From NCBI GenBank assembly GCA_964588755.1, contig CAZPSQ010000002.1, positions 2,877 through 66,876 of the forward strand: 64,000 bases of DNA, read 5' to 3'. The notes under the pieces are model-generated. The model ran no database searches, was not told where the DNA came from, and saw only the letters and a list, made by a program, of their open reading frames with translations. Made by a program: the position numbers and the translations under genes. Of this stretch, positions 1 to 8,700 are shown piece after piece (within the stretch, counting starts at the first letter, position 1; every line of letters starts with the position of its first letter). The DNA comes from an uncultured Brevifollis sp. Lineage in GTDB: Bacteria > Verrucomicrobiota > Verrucomicrobiia > Verrucomicrobiales > Verrucomicrobiaceae.

Positions 1-711
1 GTCAAAGATTTTGGAGCCGCCGCCCACCTCCAGCACCACGCGCCGCTCGATCTCCGCCTTCGACAGCGGATGCGTCGATTGAAAGCCCACCACCACGTTT
101 TGCATGGACGGGTCACGCGGGTCGATCTGAAACTCCGCCTCCCTGGGGGAGAGCTTCAGGGCTGGCGTGCTGCCCCTCCACTCCCGCTGCTGCAGCGCCA
201 CCTCCTTCGGCACGGCGGCGGCATCCAGCGTCACCGTGTACTCCAGCCCGGCGGGCCAGTCCCTCGCCGGTGTGAAGACCAGCTGCTTGTCCGTCTTCCA
301 CGCCCACGCGCCCTCATGCGCGGGGGCCAGCCGCACGCCCACGGCGGCCTTGCCCACCGCATCCAGCTTTGCCAGCGACACATCGAAGCTCACCACCAGC
401 GGCCTCGGCAGCGGCTTCTCCTTGGAGAAAGGCGTGGCCGCCGGCATCGTCAGCACGCCCTTTGCCTGCCGCACCTCCGTCAGCGCCTTCGGCCTTGGCC
501 GGTGCGTCTCATAGTAGTTCAGCACCTGGGGGATGACCAGCGCCAGCGCGCCAGCCCCCACGATGGCGGAGGCATAGCGGCCCGGGTGCGTGCACACGCT
601 CTCGTTCGCCGCCCCGGCCAGCCGCGGCATCCAGTCCGGCGGCTGATAATGAAACTGCCCAAACACCGCGCGCAGCGCACGCGCCAGCCACGAACCAGAG
701 GTAGAGGACAT
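1..711 (-). CDS. Probable bacterial alpha-2-macroglobulin family protein, N-terminal part (runs off left edge)
   Basis: Not in the ORF track because it is truncated. ATG at 711 opens a frame to position 1: MSSTSGSWLARALRAVFGQFHYQPPDW...TM (AIVGAGALALVI)...GAWAWKTDKQLVFTPARDWPAGLEYTVTL...EFQIDPRDP... The Big-like W-x-W...L-x-F-x-P..DWP motif and F-x-x-DP-x-DP resemble N-termini of TM-anchored bacterial A2Ms. The thioester region is outside the window. Confidence 0.6.
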   Translation of the reverse strand, partial: MSSTSGSWLARALRAVFGQFHYQPPDWMPRLAGAANESVCTHPGRYASAIVGAGALALVIPQVLNYYETHRPRPKALTEVRQAKGVLTMPAATPFSKEKPLPRPLVVSFDVSLAKLDAVGKAAVGVRLAPAHEGAWAWKTDKQLVFTPARDWPAGLEYTVTLDAAAVPKEVALQQREWRGSTPALKLSPREAEFQIDPRDPSMQNVVVGFQSTHPLSKAEIERRVVLEVGGGSKIFD

Positions 712-926
712 AACAGTTCAGTTGGAGATTCTGCCTCGGAGAATAATCTACCGGCATCCTCCTGCGCGGGTAATTTTCAGCCATTCTTGGAATTCCGTCT
801 GTGGGCGTCCGCGCCACAGCCCATCTTCCCGCTTGCGCCCCTGCCGACCCCGGTTAAAAATCCCATCCCGCCCGGTCAAGGCCGCAACGCCCCAGCCGGG
901 ACCGCAAAAGTCAGCAATGGCAACGG

Positions 927-1003
927 CGGGCTGTGGCTCAGCCTGGTAGAGCGCTTCGTTCGGGACGAAGAGGTCGTGGGTTCGAATCCCGCCAGCCCGA
1001 CCA
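927..1003 (+). tRNA. tRNA-Pro (anticodon CGG)
   Basis: CGGGCTG acceptor stem pairing with CAGCCCG; D-loop AGCCTGGTA; anticodon arm CTTCG-TT-CGG-GA-CGAAG; T-loop GTTCGAATC; encoded CCA end; 77 nt. Confidence 0.97.
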
Positions 1004-1196
1004 TTTCACTGGAGGAAATGGTTTCTTTGAGACTGCTTTCATGGTGCAGCTCATCTGCGGATCACCACAGTGGTTTCTGGCGCATGGAAGGTCTTTGCCG
1101 ACGCGGTCAAATGTGGCGGGAACGGCACATTCATTCCTCACATCGGCATTTCTTGAGTGGCTTTGCCGCGCTGTCGGCATCATTGTCCGCCCACGC

Positions 1197-1922
1197 ATGA
1201 AGAAGGATCCGAGCTTCCCCATCACACGCTGGAGCCTGGTGCTCGCCGCAGGGATGGAAACGGAAGCACGGGCGGCGGCGCTGGCGGAGCTGTGCCGCCT
1301 GTACTGGTACCCGCTGTACGCGCATGCACGCTGCTGCGGCCACAGCCCCGAGGATGCGCAAGACCTGACACAGGGCTTCTTTGAGCACTTGATCGAAGCA
1401 CGGGTGTTTGAGCGGATGGAGGGGCCCGACAAGGGGCGGCTGCGGTCGTACCTGCTGCGCGGGCTGCAAAACTGGATGGCGAAGGAACACCGCAAAGCCA
1501 GCCGGCAAAAGCGCGGCGGGGGCATGACGGTGCTGTCCCTGGACGCCATGGCGGCGGAGGAGCGCCTGGCGCAGGAGCCGCTGACGAATGAAACCCCCGA
1601 ACGCCTGTTCGACCGGCTGTGGGCGCAGGCGGTGATCGAAGCGGCCTACGCACGGCTGAAACGAGACTACGCGAAGGCTGGCAAGACGCCGGTGTTTGAT
1701 GTGCTGGCCCCGCTGGTGGACCGGACGGACCGGACCATCCCGATGAATGAGGTGGCGGCACGGCTGGCCACAAGCGAGGGCAACACGCGCGTGATGCTCT
1801 TCCGCCTGCGCAGGCAGTTCCGCGGCGCCCTGCAGACGGAGATGATGCGCACCTTGAGCGAGGAGGGCGATCTCAAAGAGGAAATGGACCATCTGCGCGC
1901 CATTTTGATGCGTGATGTGTAA
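1197..1922 (+). CDS. ECF-type RNA polymerase sigma-70 factor (kinase-associated PVC type)
   Basis: FPITRWSLVLAA...ALAELCRLYWYPLYAHAR...DAQDLTQGFF (region 2), GRLRSYL, QKRGGG, PERLFDRLWA, region-4 HTH (EVAARLATSEGNTRVMLFRLRRQF). Start moved to ATG 1197 because the longer ORF overlaps the tRNA. Confidence 0.92.
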   Translation: MKKDPSFPITRWSLVLAAGMETEARAAALAELCRLYWYPLYAHARCCGHSPEDAQDLTQGFFEHLIEARVFERMEGPDKGRLRSYLLRGLQNWMAKEHRKASRQKRGGGMTVLSLDAMAAEERLAQEPLTNETPERLFDRLWAQAVIEAAYARLKRDYAKAGKTPVFDVLAPLVDRTDRTIPMNEVAARLATSEGNTRVMLFRLRRQFRGALQTEMMRTLSEEGDLKEEMDHLRAILMRDV

Positions 1923-1943
1923 CAAACGGACGAATAAAGATTG
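1918..1943 (+). promoter_or_regulatory. Candidate ECF promoter TGTAAC-N15-GATTG upstream of the kinase gene
   Basis: TGTAAC at 1918-1923 (overlaps the sigma stop codon), 15-nt spacer, GATTG at 1939-1943. Identical boxes and spacing recur at 5703-5728. The AAC in the -35 box is typical of ECF promoters. Confidence 0.55.
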
Positions 1944-1985
1944 TGGTGCCATGTGGCATCCTTTCTTCGAAGCATGTTCCCCAAG

Positions 1986-4900
1986 ATGAGCAAGGCTGCC
2001 GCGCACAACTGCCAGCAGTGCGGAGACCCCTTGCCTGCTGGCACCGAGCTGTGCCCGCGCTGTGTGGGGGAGACGTTTTTCATCACCGACCGGATCACCA
2101 TGCCGGCGGTGGAGACCGACCTGAAACAGGTGGGCCGCTACCGCATCATCGAGCTGCTGGGGGAAGGCGGCTTCGGCATGGTGTACCGGGCGCTGGAAGA
2201 AGGCCCGCTGGACCGCGAGGTGGCCTTGAAAGTCATCAAGCCCGGCCTCGACTCACGTCCCATCATTGAGCGGTTCAGCGCCGAACGCCAGGCCCTGGCA
2301 ACGCTGGACCATCCAAACATCGCCCGAGTGCTGGATGCAGGCCAGACGGAGGACGGGCGGCCGTTTTTCGCGATGGAGCTTGTGGAGGGCCTGCCGCTGA
2401 ACGAATTCTGCCGCAGCGAGCAGCCCTCCCTCGAAACCCGCCTGCGGTTGTTCCTGCAAATCTGCGCCGCGGTGGAGCATGCGCATGCCAAGGGCATCAT
2501 CCACCGCGACTTGAAGCCATCGAACATTCTGGTGACGTGGCCGGCGGAGGGGCAGGCCGCGAAGGCCACGGTGATCGACTTCGGCATCGCCAAGGCGCTC
2601 TTCAGCGAGACAGCCCCGCACACAGGCACGCTCGGCGCACGGCTGCTGCTTGGCACGCCGGAGTACATGAGCCCGGAGCAGGCCGCCACCGGCGAGGCGA
2701 CCGTGGACACCCGGTCCGACGTCTTTTCCCTCGGCGCGCTGCTGTTTGAGCTGCTGACCGACACGCCACCGCTGGATGCGGAGAAGATGCGGCGTGCCCC
2801 GCTGGAGGAGCTGCTGCGGGTGATCCGCGACCAACGGCCCACCCGGCCCTCACGGCGGATGCGGGCCGCCAAGACGGACGTGCTTGGCCGGCGCGTGGCG
2901 GATGAGCTGGACTGGGTGGTCCTCAAGGCGCTGGCGAAGGAGCGTGACCGCCGCTACCAGACAGCCCGTGAGCTGGGCGAGGATGTGCGGCGCTTCCTGG
3001 AAAATGACGCGGTGTCCGCCCGGCCGCCGACGCTGTCCTACCAGGCCGGAAAATTCATCCGCAGGCACCGCGCCGGGGTGCTGGCCGCCGCCGTGGTGGC
3101 GCTCTCCCTCGCGGCGGTGGCGCTGGCGGGCCTGCTGACGGCCCAGCGGGAAAAAAAGGCGCAGCTGGTGGCGCGGCGCAGCTTTAGCGAGGCAGACACC
3201 GTGATGGCCCATGACCGCGCGCGGGAGATGCGTTATGCGGAGGCTGTGGCGCTGCTGTGCCGGGCCCTGCGCACGGAGCCGGCCAATGATGCCGCGCGGA
3301 TGCGCCTGCTGACGCTGCTGGCCCAGCCAGCCTGCGGCGTCCCGGACGCGCCAGCCCTGGAGGAGGACGACCTGATCGACACGGTGGAGTTCCTGCCCCC
3401 GGACGGGAAGCGCGTGCTGGCGCGGGTCTCCCTGGCCCACAGCCTGACCTTGTGGAAAACGGGCGGCGGCAGCTCCACACGGCTGCGCTCATTCCGGGCA
3501 GGCGGCACCATCCTCAGCCATGCATGCGCACCAGACGCGCGCCTGGTTGCGGCAGGTACCACCGGGGGCATCTGCCACGTGTGGGATCTCGAAACCGGCC
3601 AGCCAGCCTGCCAGCCCCTGGCGGTGGCCGATGCCGGCGGGTCCGTGCGCCAGTGCGTGTTTGCCCCGGATGGCAGGCACCTCTTTGCCGGCGGGCACAC
3701 CCCGCTGGTGCGCGCGTTTGAAATGACAGGCGGACGTGTTGTGTGGTCATTCCAGGGGGATTCAGGGCTCACACGGCTGGTCGCATCCCCACGGGGAGAC
3801 TGTCTGGCGGCAGGCTGCGATGACGGGACGCTGCTGCTGCTGGATGCCACGACAGGCGCGCTCAAATTCCGGCTGAAAATACAAACCGCCCCCCTGGGCT
3901 GGCTGCGTTTCACCGCAGATGGCCAACGCCTGCTGGCAGGTGGCGGCGGGCAGGAGGTGCATTTCATCGATGTGGCCTCTGGAAGCCTGCTGCCGGAAAA
4001 AGCCGCGCACTGGACTGCGGTGCGCGGACTGGCGCTGCATTCAAACGGCAAGTTGTTTGCCCACTCAACGGATGATCTGGCCGTCAGGCTGTGCGATGCG
4101 ATGGGCCGGACGCTGAGCGTGCGCCCCATGGGCACACAGATCTCGCGATTGATCTTCTCACCCGAAAATGAGCAGGTGCGTGTGGCCGCGGGCACCACGG
4201 GGCCGCTCTCCATGGTAAGCGTGATGGACGGCCAGTATCTGCGGCTCTCGGACGCGCCGGTGCAATTCGAAAGCGCGGTGCGGGACATCCATTTCCAGGG
4301 CGATGGCCGGCGCATGGTCGTGGCCACACATGCGCGGGAGGCCGAGGTGCTGGACACACGCCCCCGCCGCATGGAACCCCTGCACCTCTCGGCCGGGCGG
4401 CGTGTCCATACCGCATGGTTCACGCGTGATGGAAAATCAATCGCCGCGCTGGGGGAAAACGGCCTGCTGATGCGCTGGGACCGCAAGACCCTGGCACGGA
4501 CGGACGATCCAGCCGCGCCGCTGCTCATGCAATCAAACCCCGGGGCGCGGCTGTCTCAGAGCGGCGACCACCTCGCCGTGCTGCTGATGGGGGGGAAGAG
4601 CCGCCATCTGACAGTGGTGGACGTGGGCCGGTGGCAGAAGCTGCTGGACATCGCCTGCCCGCCTTCGGCCTTCGCGGTGAAGCTGAGCCCTTCCGGCGAC
4701 ACCGCCGCCCTGGCGGAGCGGGATGGCGGAGTGAGCATCTACGATGTCGCCAGCGGCCGGAAAGTGGAATCTTGGAAGGGCCAGCACGGCCACCCGCTGG
4801 CGGTGGCTGTCAGCGACCAGGCCCGTTTTGTGGTCACAAGCCACCAGCGGCCCCTCCCAGGGTCGGGCTCGAGCTGCCTCCTCACCATCCGCAACCGGGT

Positions 4901-5642
4901 GCTGGGAGTGGAGCGGCATGTCAGCCCGAGTGATGGCGAAGTGGTGCTGGACATCGCCGTGGCGGCGGACGGCCGCCACGCGGTGAGTGGCGGCTCCGGC
5001 CGGATGCTGGACCTGTGGGATCTGGCGGCTGCCAGCCGCGTCGGCGGCGCGCTGGCCCACACCAGCCCCGGCCGTGGCACCACAAGCGGCGGATTTTCGC
5101 CAGATTCCCGCCTGGTGCTCACGGGAAACTCCTTTGACCGCCGTCTGCGCATCTGGGACACGACCACGGGAAACGCCGGGGGGGCTCCGCTGACACACGG
5201 GCAGGACGTGCGGGACTGGAGCCTGTCTGCGGACGGGCAGTTCGCCATCACAGGCGACAGCCTGCAGACCGTGGCGTTCTGGCACATGGGCTGGCGCCTT
5301 CCAGTGTCCGGGGATGCGCCCGACCTGCGCTACCTTGTGAATGTGGATGCCGCGGCAGATGGCTCCATGGCGCTGGCCGCCCGCAGTTCCGGGGAGATCA
5401 GCCTCTGGCTGCTGCCGCCCGCCGCCGCCCCCTCCCTGCCGGAGTGCTTCCTGAGGTTTGCCGAGGGCTTTGGACGCTGGCGTGTGGATGACGACAACAC
5501 CTTCACCTCCGTGCCGTACCATGCGTTCGAAGCCGCGCGGCGGGAGGTGCTGGCACTCCCTGGGGTGGCGGGCGACCGCCAAACAGCCTGGATGAAATGG
5601 CTGGCGAGTGATCCTGAGGAGCGGAACCCACGCCCCGAGTGA
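1986..5642 (+). CDS. Hanks-type Ser/Thr receptor kinase: N-terminal Zn ribbon, kinase, TM, WD40 beta-propeller ectodomain
   Basis: CQQC-x10-CPRC; GEGGFG, VALK, HRDLKPSN, DFG, GTPEYMSPE; hydrophobic segment AGVLAAAVVALSLAAVALAGLL; many WD40-like units (CHVWD, LDLWD, LRIWD, FSPD). Start could be ATG 1974 or 1986. Confidence 0.93.
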   Translation: MSKAAAHNCQQCGDPLPAGTELCPRCVGETFFITDRITMPAVETDLKQVGRYRIIELLGEGGFGMVYRALEEGPLDREVALKVIKPGLDSRPIIERFSAERQALATLDHPNIARVLDAGQTEDGRPFFAMELVEGLPLNEFCRSEQPSLETRLRLFLQICAAVEHAHAKGIIHRDLKPSNILVTWPAEGQAAKATVIDFGIAKALFSETAPHTGTLGARLLLGTPEYMSPEQAATGEATVDTRSDVFSLGALLFELLTDTPPLDAEKMRRAPLEELLRVIRDQRPTRPSRRMRAAKTDVLGRRVADELDWVVLKALAKERDRRYQTARELGEDVRRFLENDAVSARPPTLSYQAGKFIRRHRAGVLAAAVVALSLAAVALAGLLTAQREKKAQLVARRSFSEADTVMAHDRAREMRYAEAVALLCRALRTEPANDAARMRLLTLLAQPACGVPDAPALEEDDLIDTVEFLPPDGKRVLARVSLAHSLTLWKTGGGSSTRLRSFRAGGTILSHACAPDARLVAAGTTGGICHVWDLETGQPACQPLAVADAGGSVRQCVFAPDGRHLFAGGHTPLVRAFEMTGGRVVWSFQGDSGLTRLVASPRGDCLAAGCDDGTLLLLDATTGALKFRLKIQTAPLGWLRFTADGQRLLAGGGGQEVHFIDVASGSLLPEKAAHWTAVRGLALHSNGKLFAHSTDDLAVRLCDAMGRTLSVRPMGTQISRLIFSPENEQVRVAAGTTGPLSMVSVMDGQYLRLSDAPVQFESAVRDIHFQGDGRRMVVATHAREAEVLDTRPRRMEPLHLSAGRRVHTAWFTRDGKSIAALGENGLLMRWDRKTLARTDDPAAPLLMQSNPGARLSQSGDHLAVLLMGGKSRHLTVVDVGRWQKLLDIACPPSAFAVKLSPSGDTAALAERDGGVSIYDVASGRKVESWKGQHGHPLAVAVSDQARFVVTSHQRPLPGSGSSCLLTIRNRVLGVERHVSPSDGEVVLDIAVAADGRHAVSGGSGRMLDLWDLAAASRVGGALAHTSPGRGTTSGGFSPDSRLVLTGNSFDRRLRIWDTTTGNAGGAPLTHGQDVRDWSLSADGQFAITGDSLQTVAFWHMGWRLPVSGDAPDLRYLVNVDAAADGSMALAARSSGEISLWLLPPAAAPSLPECFLRFAEGFGRWRVDDDNTFTSVPYHAFEAARREVLALPGVAGDRQTAWMKWLASDPEERNPRPE

Positions 5643-5702
5643 GCCGGGGGGGGGCGCCAACGATGCCCTCATGGGTTTTTTTCATCATTTCTTTCCGGCT
5701 TC

Positions 5703-5728
5703 TGTAACGAAGCACTGATAACGGATTG
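5703..5728 (+). promoter_or_regulatory. Candidate ECF promoter TGTAAC-N15-GATTG upstream of the three-gene secreted-protein operon
   Basis: TGTAAC at 5703-5708, spacer GAAGCACTGATAACG, GATTG at 5724-5728, ending 28 nt before ATG 5757. Matches 1918-1943. Confidence 0.55.
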
Positions 5729-5756
5729 GAAATGAGGACAGCAAACCTGCTTCCTC

Positions 5757-8700
5757 ATGACTTTCCCCCCACGTCTTCTCCTCCTCGCATTGCTGCCGCT
5801 GCTGCTGGGGGCATTCCCTGCGGCGGCACAGACCATCACGCGTGTCGCGGTCCTCGGGCGCGGCGCCGAGGGCTCCAGCACCAACCTTATTGCCGCCGAC
5901 CAGGTGGACGGCAGCGGGCTGACCAACCGCCACCGCATCCTGCTGGAGGCAGACCTCAGCATCCCCAGCGCCGGACGCTACCGCCTCCGCTACCAGTTGA
6001 TCGACGAGCAGGGCGTCATTGTGGTGAGCGACACGCAGGACCTCGGCAGCATTCCGGCAGGCAACCGTACGGACTCATGGGAGCTTGCCAGCTTTCCGTC
6101 ACGGCTTGACCCGCACCGAAAACACCGCCTGCGGGTGCGGGTGGATGAGGGCCTGCCAACCGGGCCGCCGCTGAACAGCTTTTTCTTCAACGAACGGCAC
6201 AGCATGACCGAGGCGACCGGCCGCACCTACTACCACTTTCCAGGCACCACCAGCGCGGACGCGCCCCTCAACGTCATCGCCCGCGTGACCCAGGCAGGCT
6301 GGGGCGCGCGGCGCTGGCTGCTGGACACCCAGTCCGGGCGGGAGCACATCGTCGCCACCTGTGACTATGAGCTGCGCCGCTACGACGGCTGGGCGGCCGG
6401 CTCCGCGCCGACGGACAACATCTCCGTCACCATCGAGGCCGAGCTGCGCCGCGTGTCTGATGACGCGCTCATTCCCGTGACGGTGGCCGGCAGCCCCGCG
6501 AATTTCGTCACCCTTCCGATCACGGTCTCCACGAATGGCTGGGTCAACCCCGTGCTGATCCGGGAGCCCACCGTCACCACCGGCATTCACGCGAACATCC
6601 AGCTCAACCCCGCGCAGCAGCTCGACTCCAAGAACCAGCAGTACTATGTGCGCACACGCATCAGGCATGTGGAGGAGGCCGGCCAGCCGGAGGTCCCCGG
6701 CAATGAGGCCGGGTCCGCAGGAGCCCAGTTGTTTCATTTCAATGGCAACCTGCTGTTCGGCGGCATCCTCACCACATTCGGCAGCGCGGCCTCGGTGACT
6801 GTGGTCAACAGCACAGGCCCGACACTGGACATCACCATCGACCAGCAGAGCGGCCGGATCGCAGGCCAGCCGGGCCACACCTTTGGGAATGGCAGCGCGC
6901 AGCGCGTCCTGCTGGAGCCTGATGGCGACGCCGTCAGGCTGGCGCCCTCCACCGTGGCGGTGGCCGGCCCCGCCAATGACACCGGCAGCATGGGCAATGT
7001 GTCCTTCACGCGCAGCTCACTGGTGCTCACGGAGCAGGGCGTGGAAGGGACGCTGACCGTGCGGCTTCCCCACGGCTGCGGCTACAGCACTGCCCCTGCC
7101 GCGGCGATGCTCGACAGCACCTATGCGGTCCATTCGGTTCCCCTTGGCCAGAGCCTGCTCCCCACCTCCTCCGTGGTGTGGAGCCCCGCGTCACCCGTTT
7201 ACGTCCACGAGGAAACGAAACCCATTCTCTACCAGACGAGCTCGCTCACCTGGCACGCGACACAGGGTAAATTCGATCTTGGCGGCCCGGTGGCCATGCA
7301 CTCCGTCCACCGGCCCTACATCGAGGCGCTGGAGTCCATCGGCGCAGTTCCGGTGCTGCAGCGGACAAAGCCCTCCAACGACGGCTACTGGCGGCATGTG
7401 AACGGCAGCGTCGGCGTGGTGACGATTCAGGCGGGGCCCACCGGGGCGGCCCGCATTGACGCGCCGGACATCGCCATCACCGCGAACAAGTTCTTCCACG
7501 CGCATCATCCCAAGATGGCTGTCGTGAGCTGGTCGCAGGCTGGCAGCATCACGCTTTCCGCGGACCAGCCGGTGCCGGGCAGCAGCAAGCTCAATGGCAT
7601 GAATGCCGTGGTGGTGCCTTATGCGCAGAGCTGCCAGGACACCCTCGCGGCCTGTCCAGGCGCGGCGGAAGTTTTCGCCACCTATGTGATGAACCCTTCA
7701 GGCGGCGCGCTGGTCGTCCTGCCCAATGGCGGCCTGCACGCCGCTGGCACGATCCAAGGTGTCCACAAGCTCGGCTGGGGGCGCATGAACGCCGGCAGCC
7801 CGCTTGTGCATGAGGCGCAGACCCCCTTCGCCAACGCGAAGGTGATGATCGGCGGACACTTCCTGCGCGAACACACGGCCGCCGCCGCCGGCAGCACCGG
7901 GCCGGGACACATCTTCAACACCGGCGTCAACACCAGCAACCAGGCCACGCTCGAAGCGCCGGACACGACCGAGTACCGGGCGGGCCTGGGCGACTATCCC
8001 GGCGTGAACTTGCGCGCCAGCGGCGGGGATGCGGGCAGGCAGATGATCAGCCGCCTCGGCGGGCAGGCCACGGCCGCGTACACGCTGGCCACGAACTCGA
8101 AATTCTACGCGCGCTGGAGCGGGGTGAGCGGCATCCAGCAGGCCACAGGCGGTGTCTCGCTGCCCAATCCATCCCTGTTCGGTTTTCCCGCGCAGCTGCA
8201 GACCTTTGGGCTGTCCTGGCTTTCAAACGAGAACCTGATCTCCCGCACAGACGGGGAGCTGCATATCGTCGCGCCCGCAAATGTGACGCTGCCCTTTGAT
8301 GACCTGACCTTCACCTGCCTCGGCGCACCCTCCGCCGCCGGCATGAGCGGCGGCGCGGTGGACCGCACCCTGGCGTACTGGAATGCGCCCACGCGGATCT
8401 TTGGCCTGGACTTCGTGCCTGCGGACAGTTGCGACCCCTCCGCAGGCTGCCTGGCGCTGGCCTGCAGTCTCAGCGCGCAAAACGTGCCCGTGCCCCTCGT
8501 TGGCACACTCGGTTTCAGGCCGGACGGGCAGATCACCGCGCCCGGCCAGCCGGGCAATTGCGGCATTGCTTCAGAGTTTGTGCTGCCCGCCGTCACCCAT
8601 GTGCAGGGGCCGCGGCGGACTGCGGCGGAAAGCGCGCAAACCTATGCCTTCACGCCGGTGCGGCTCGCCTACCTGAACACCGAGTCGGAGGACAACCGGC

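Noticed and set aside
927-1003. tRNA-Pro as an integration site for a genomic island
   Set aside because: No integrase and no duplicated tRNA 3' end seen in the window.
70-1200. 376-aa plus-strand ORF and the 933-1196 N-terminal extension of the sigma ORF
   Set aside because: They overlap the tRNA and lie antisense to the real minus-strand gene at 1-711; low-complexity Arg/His-rich shadow translation.
5646-5654. G9 tract as a phase-variation switch
   Set aside because: Intergenic, upstream of and outside the candidate promoter spacer; more simply part of a weak hairpin after the kinase stop.
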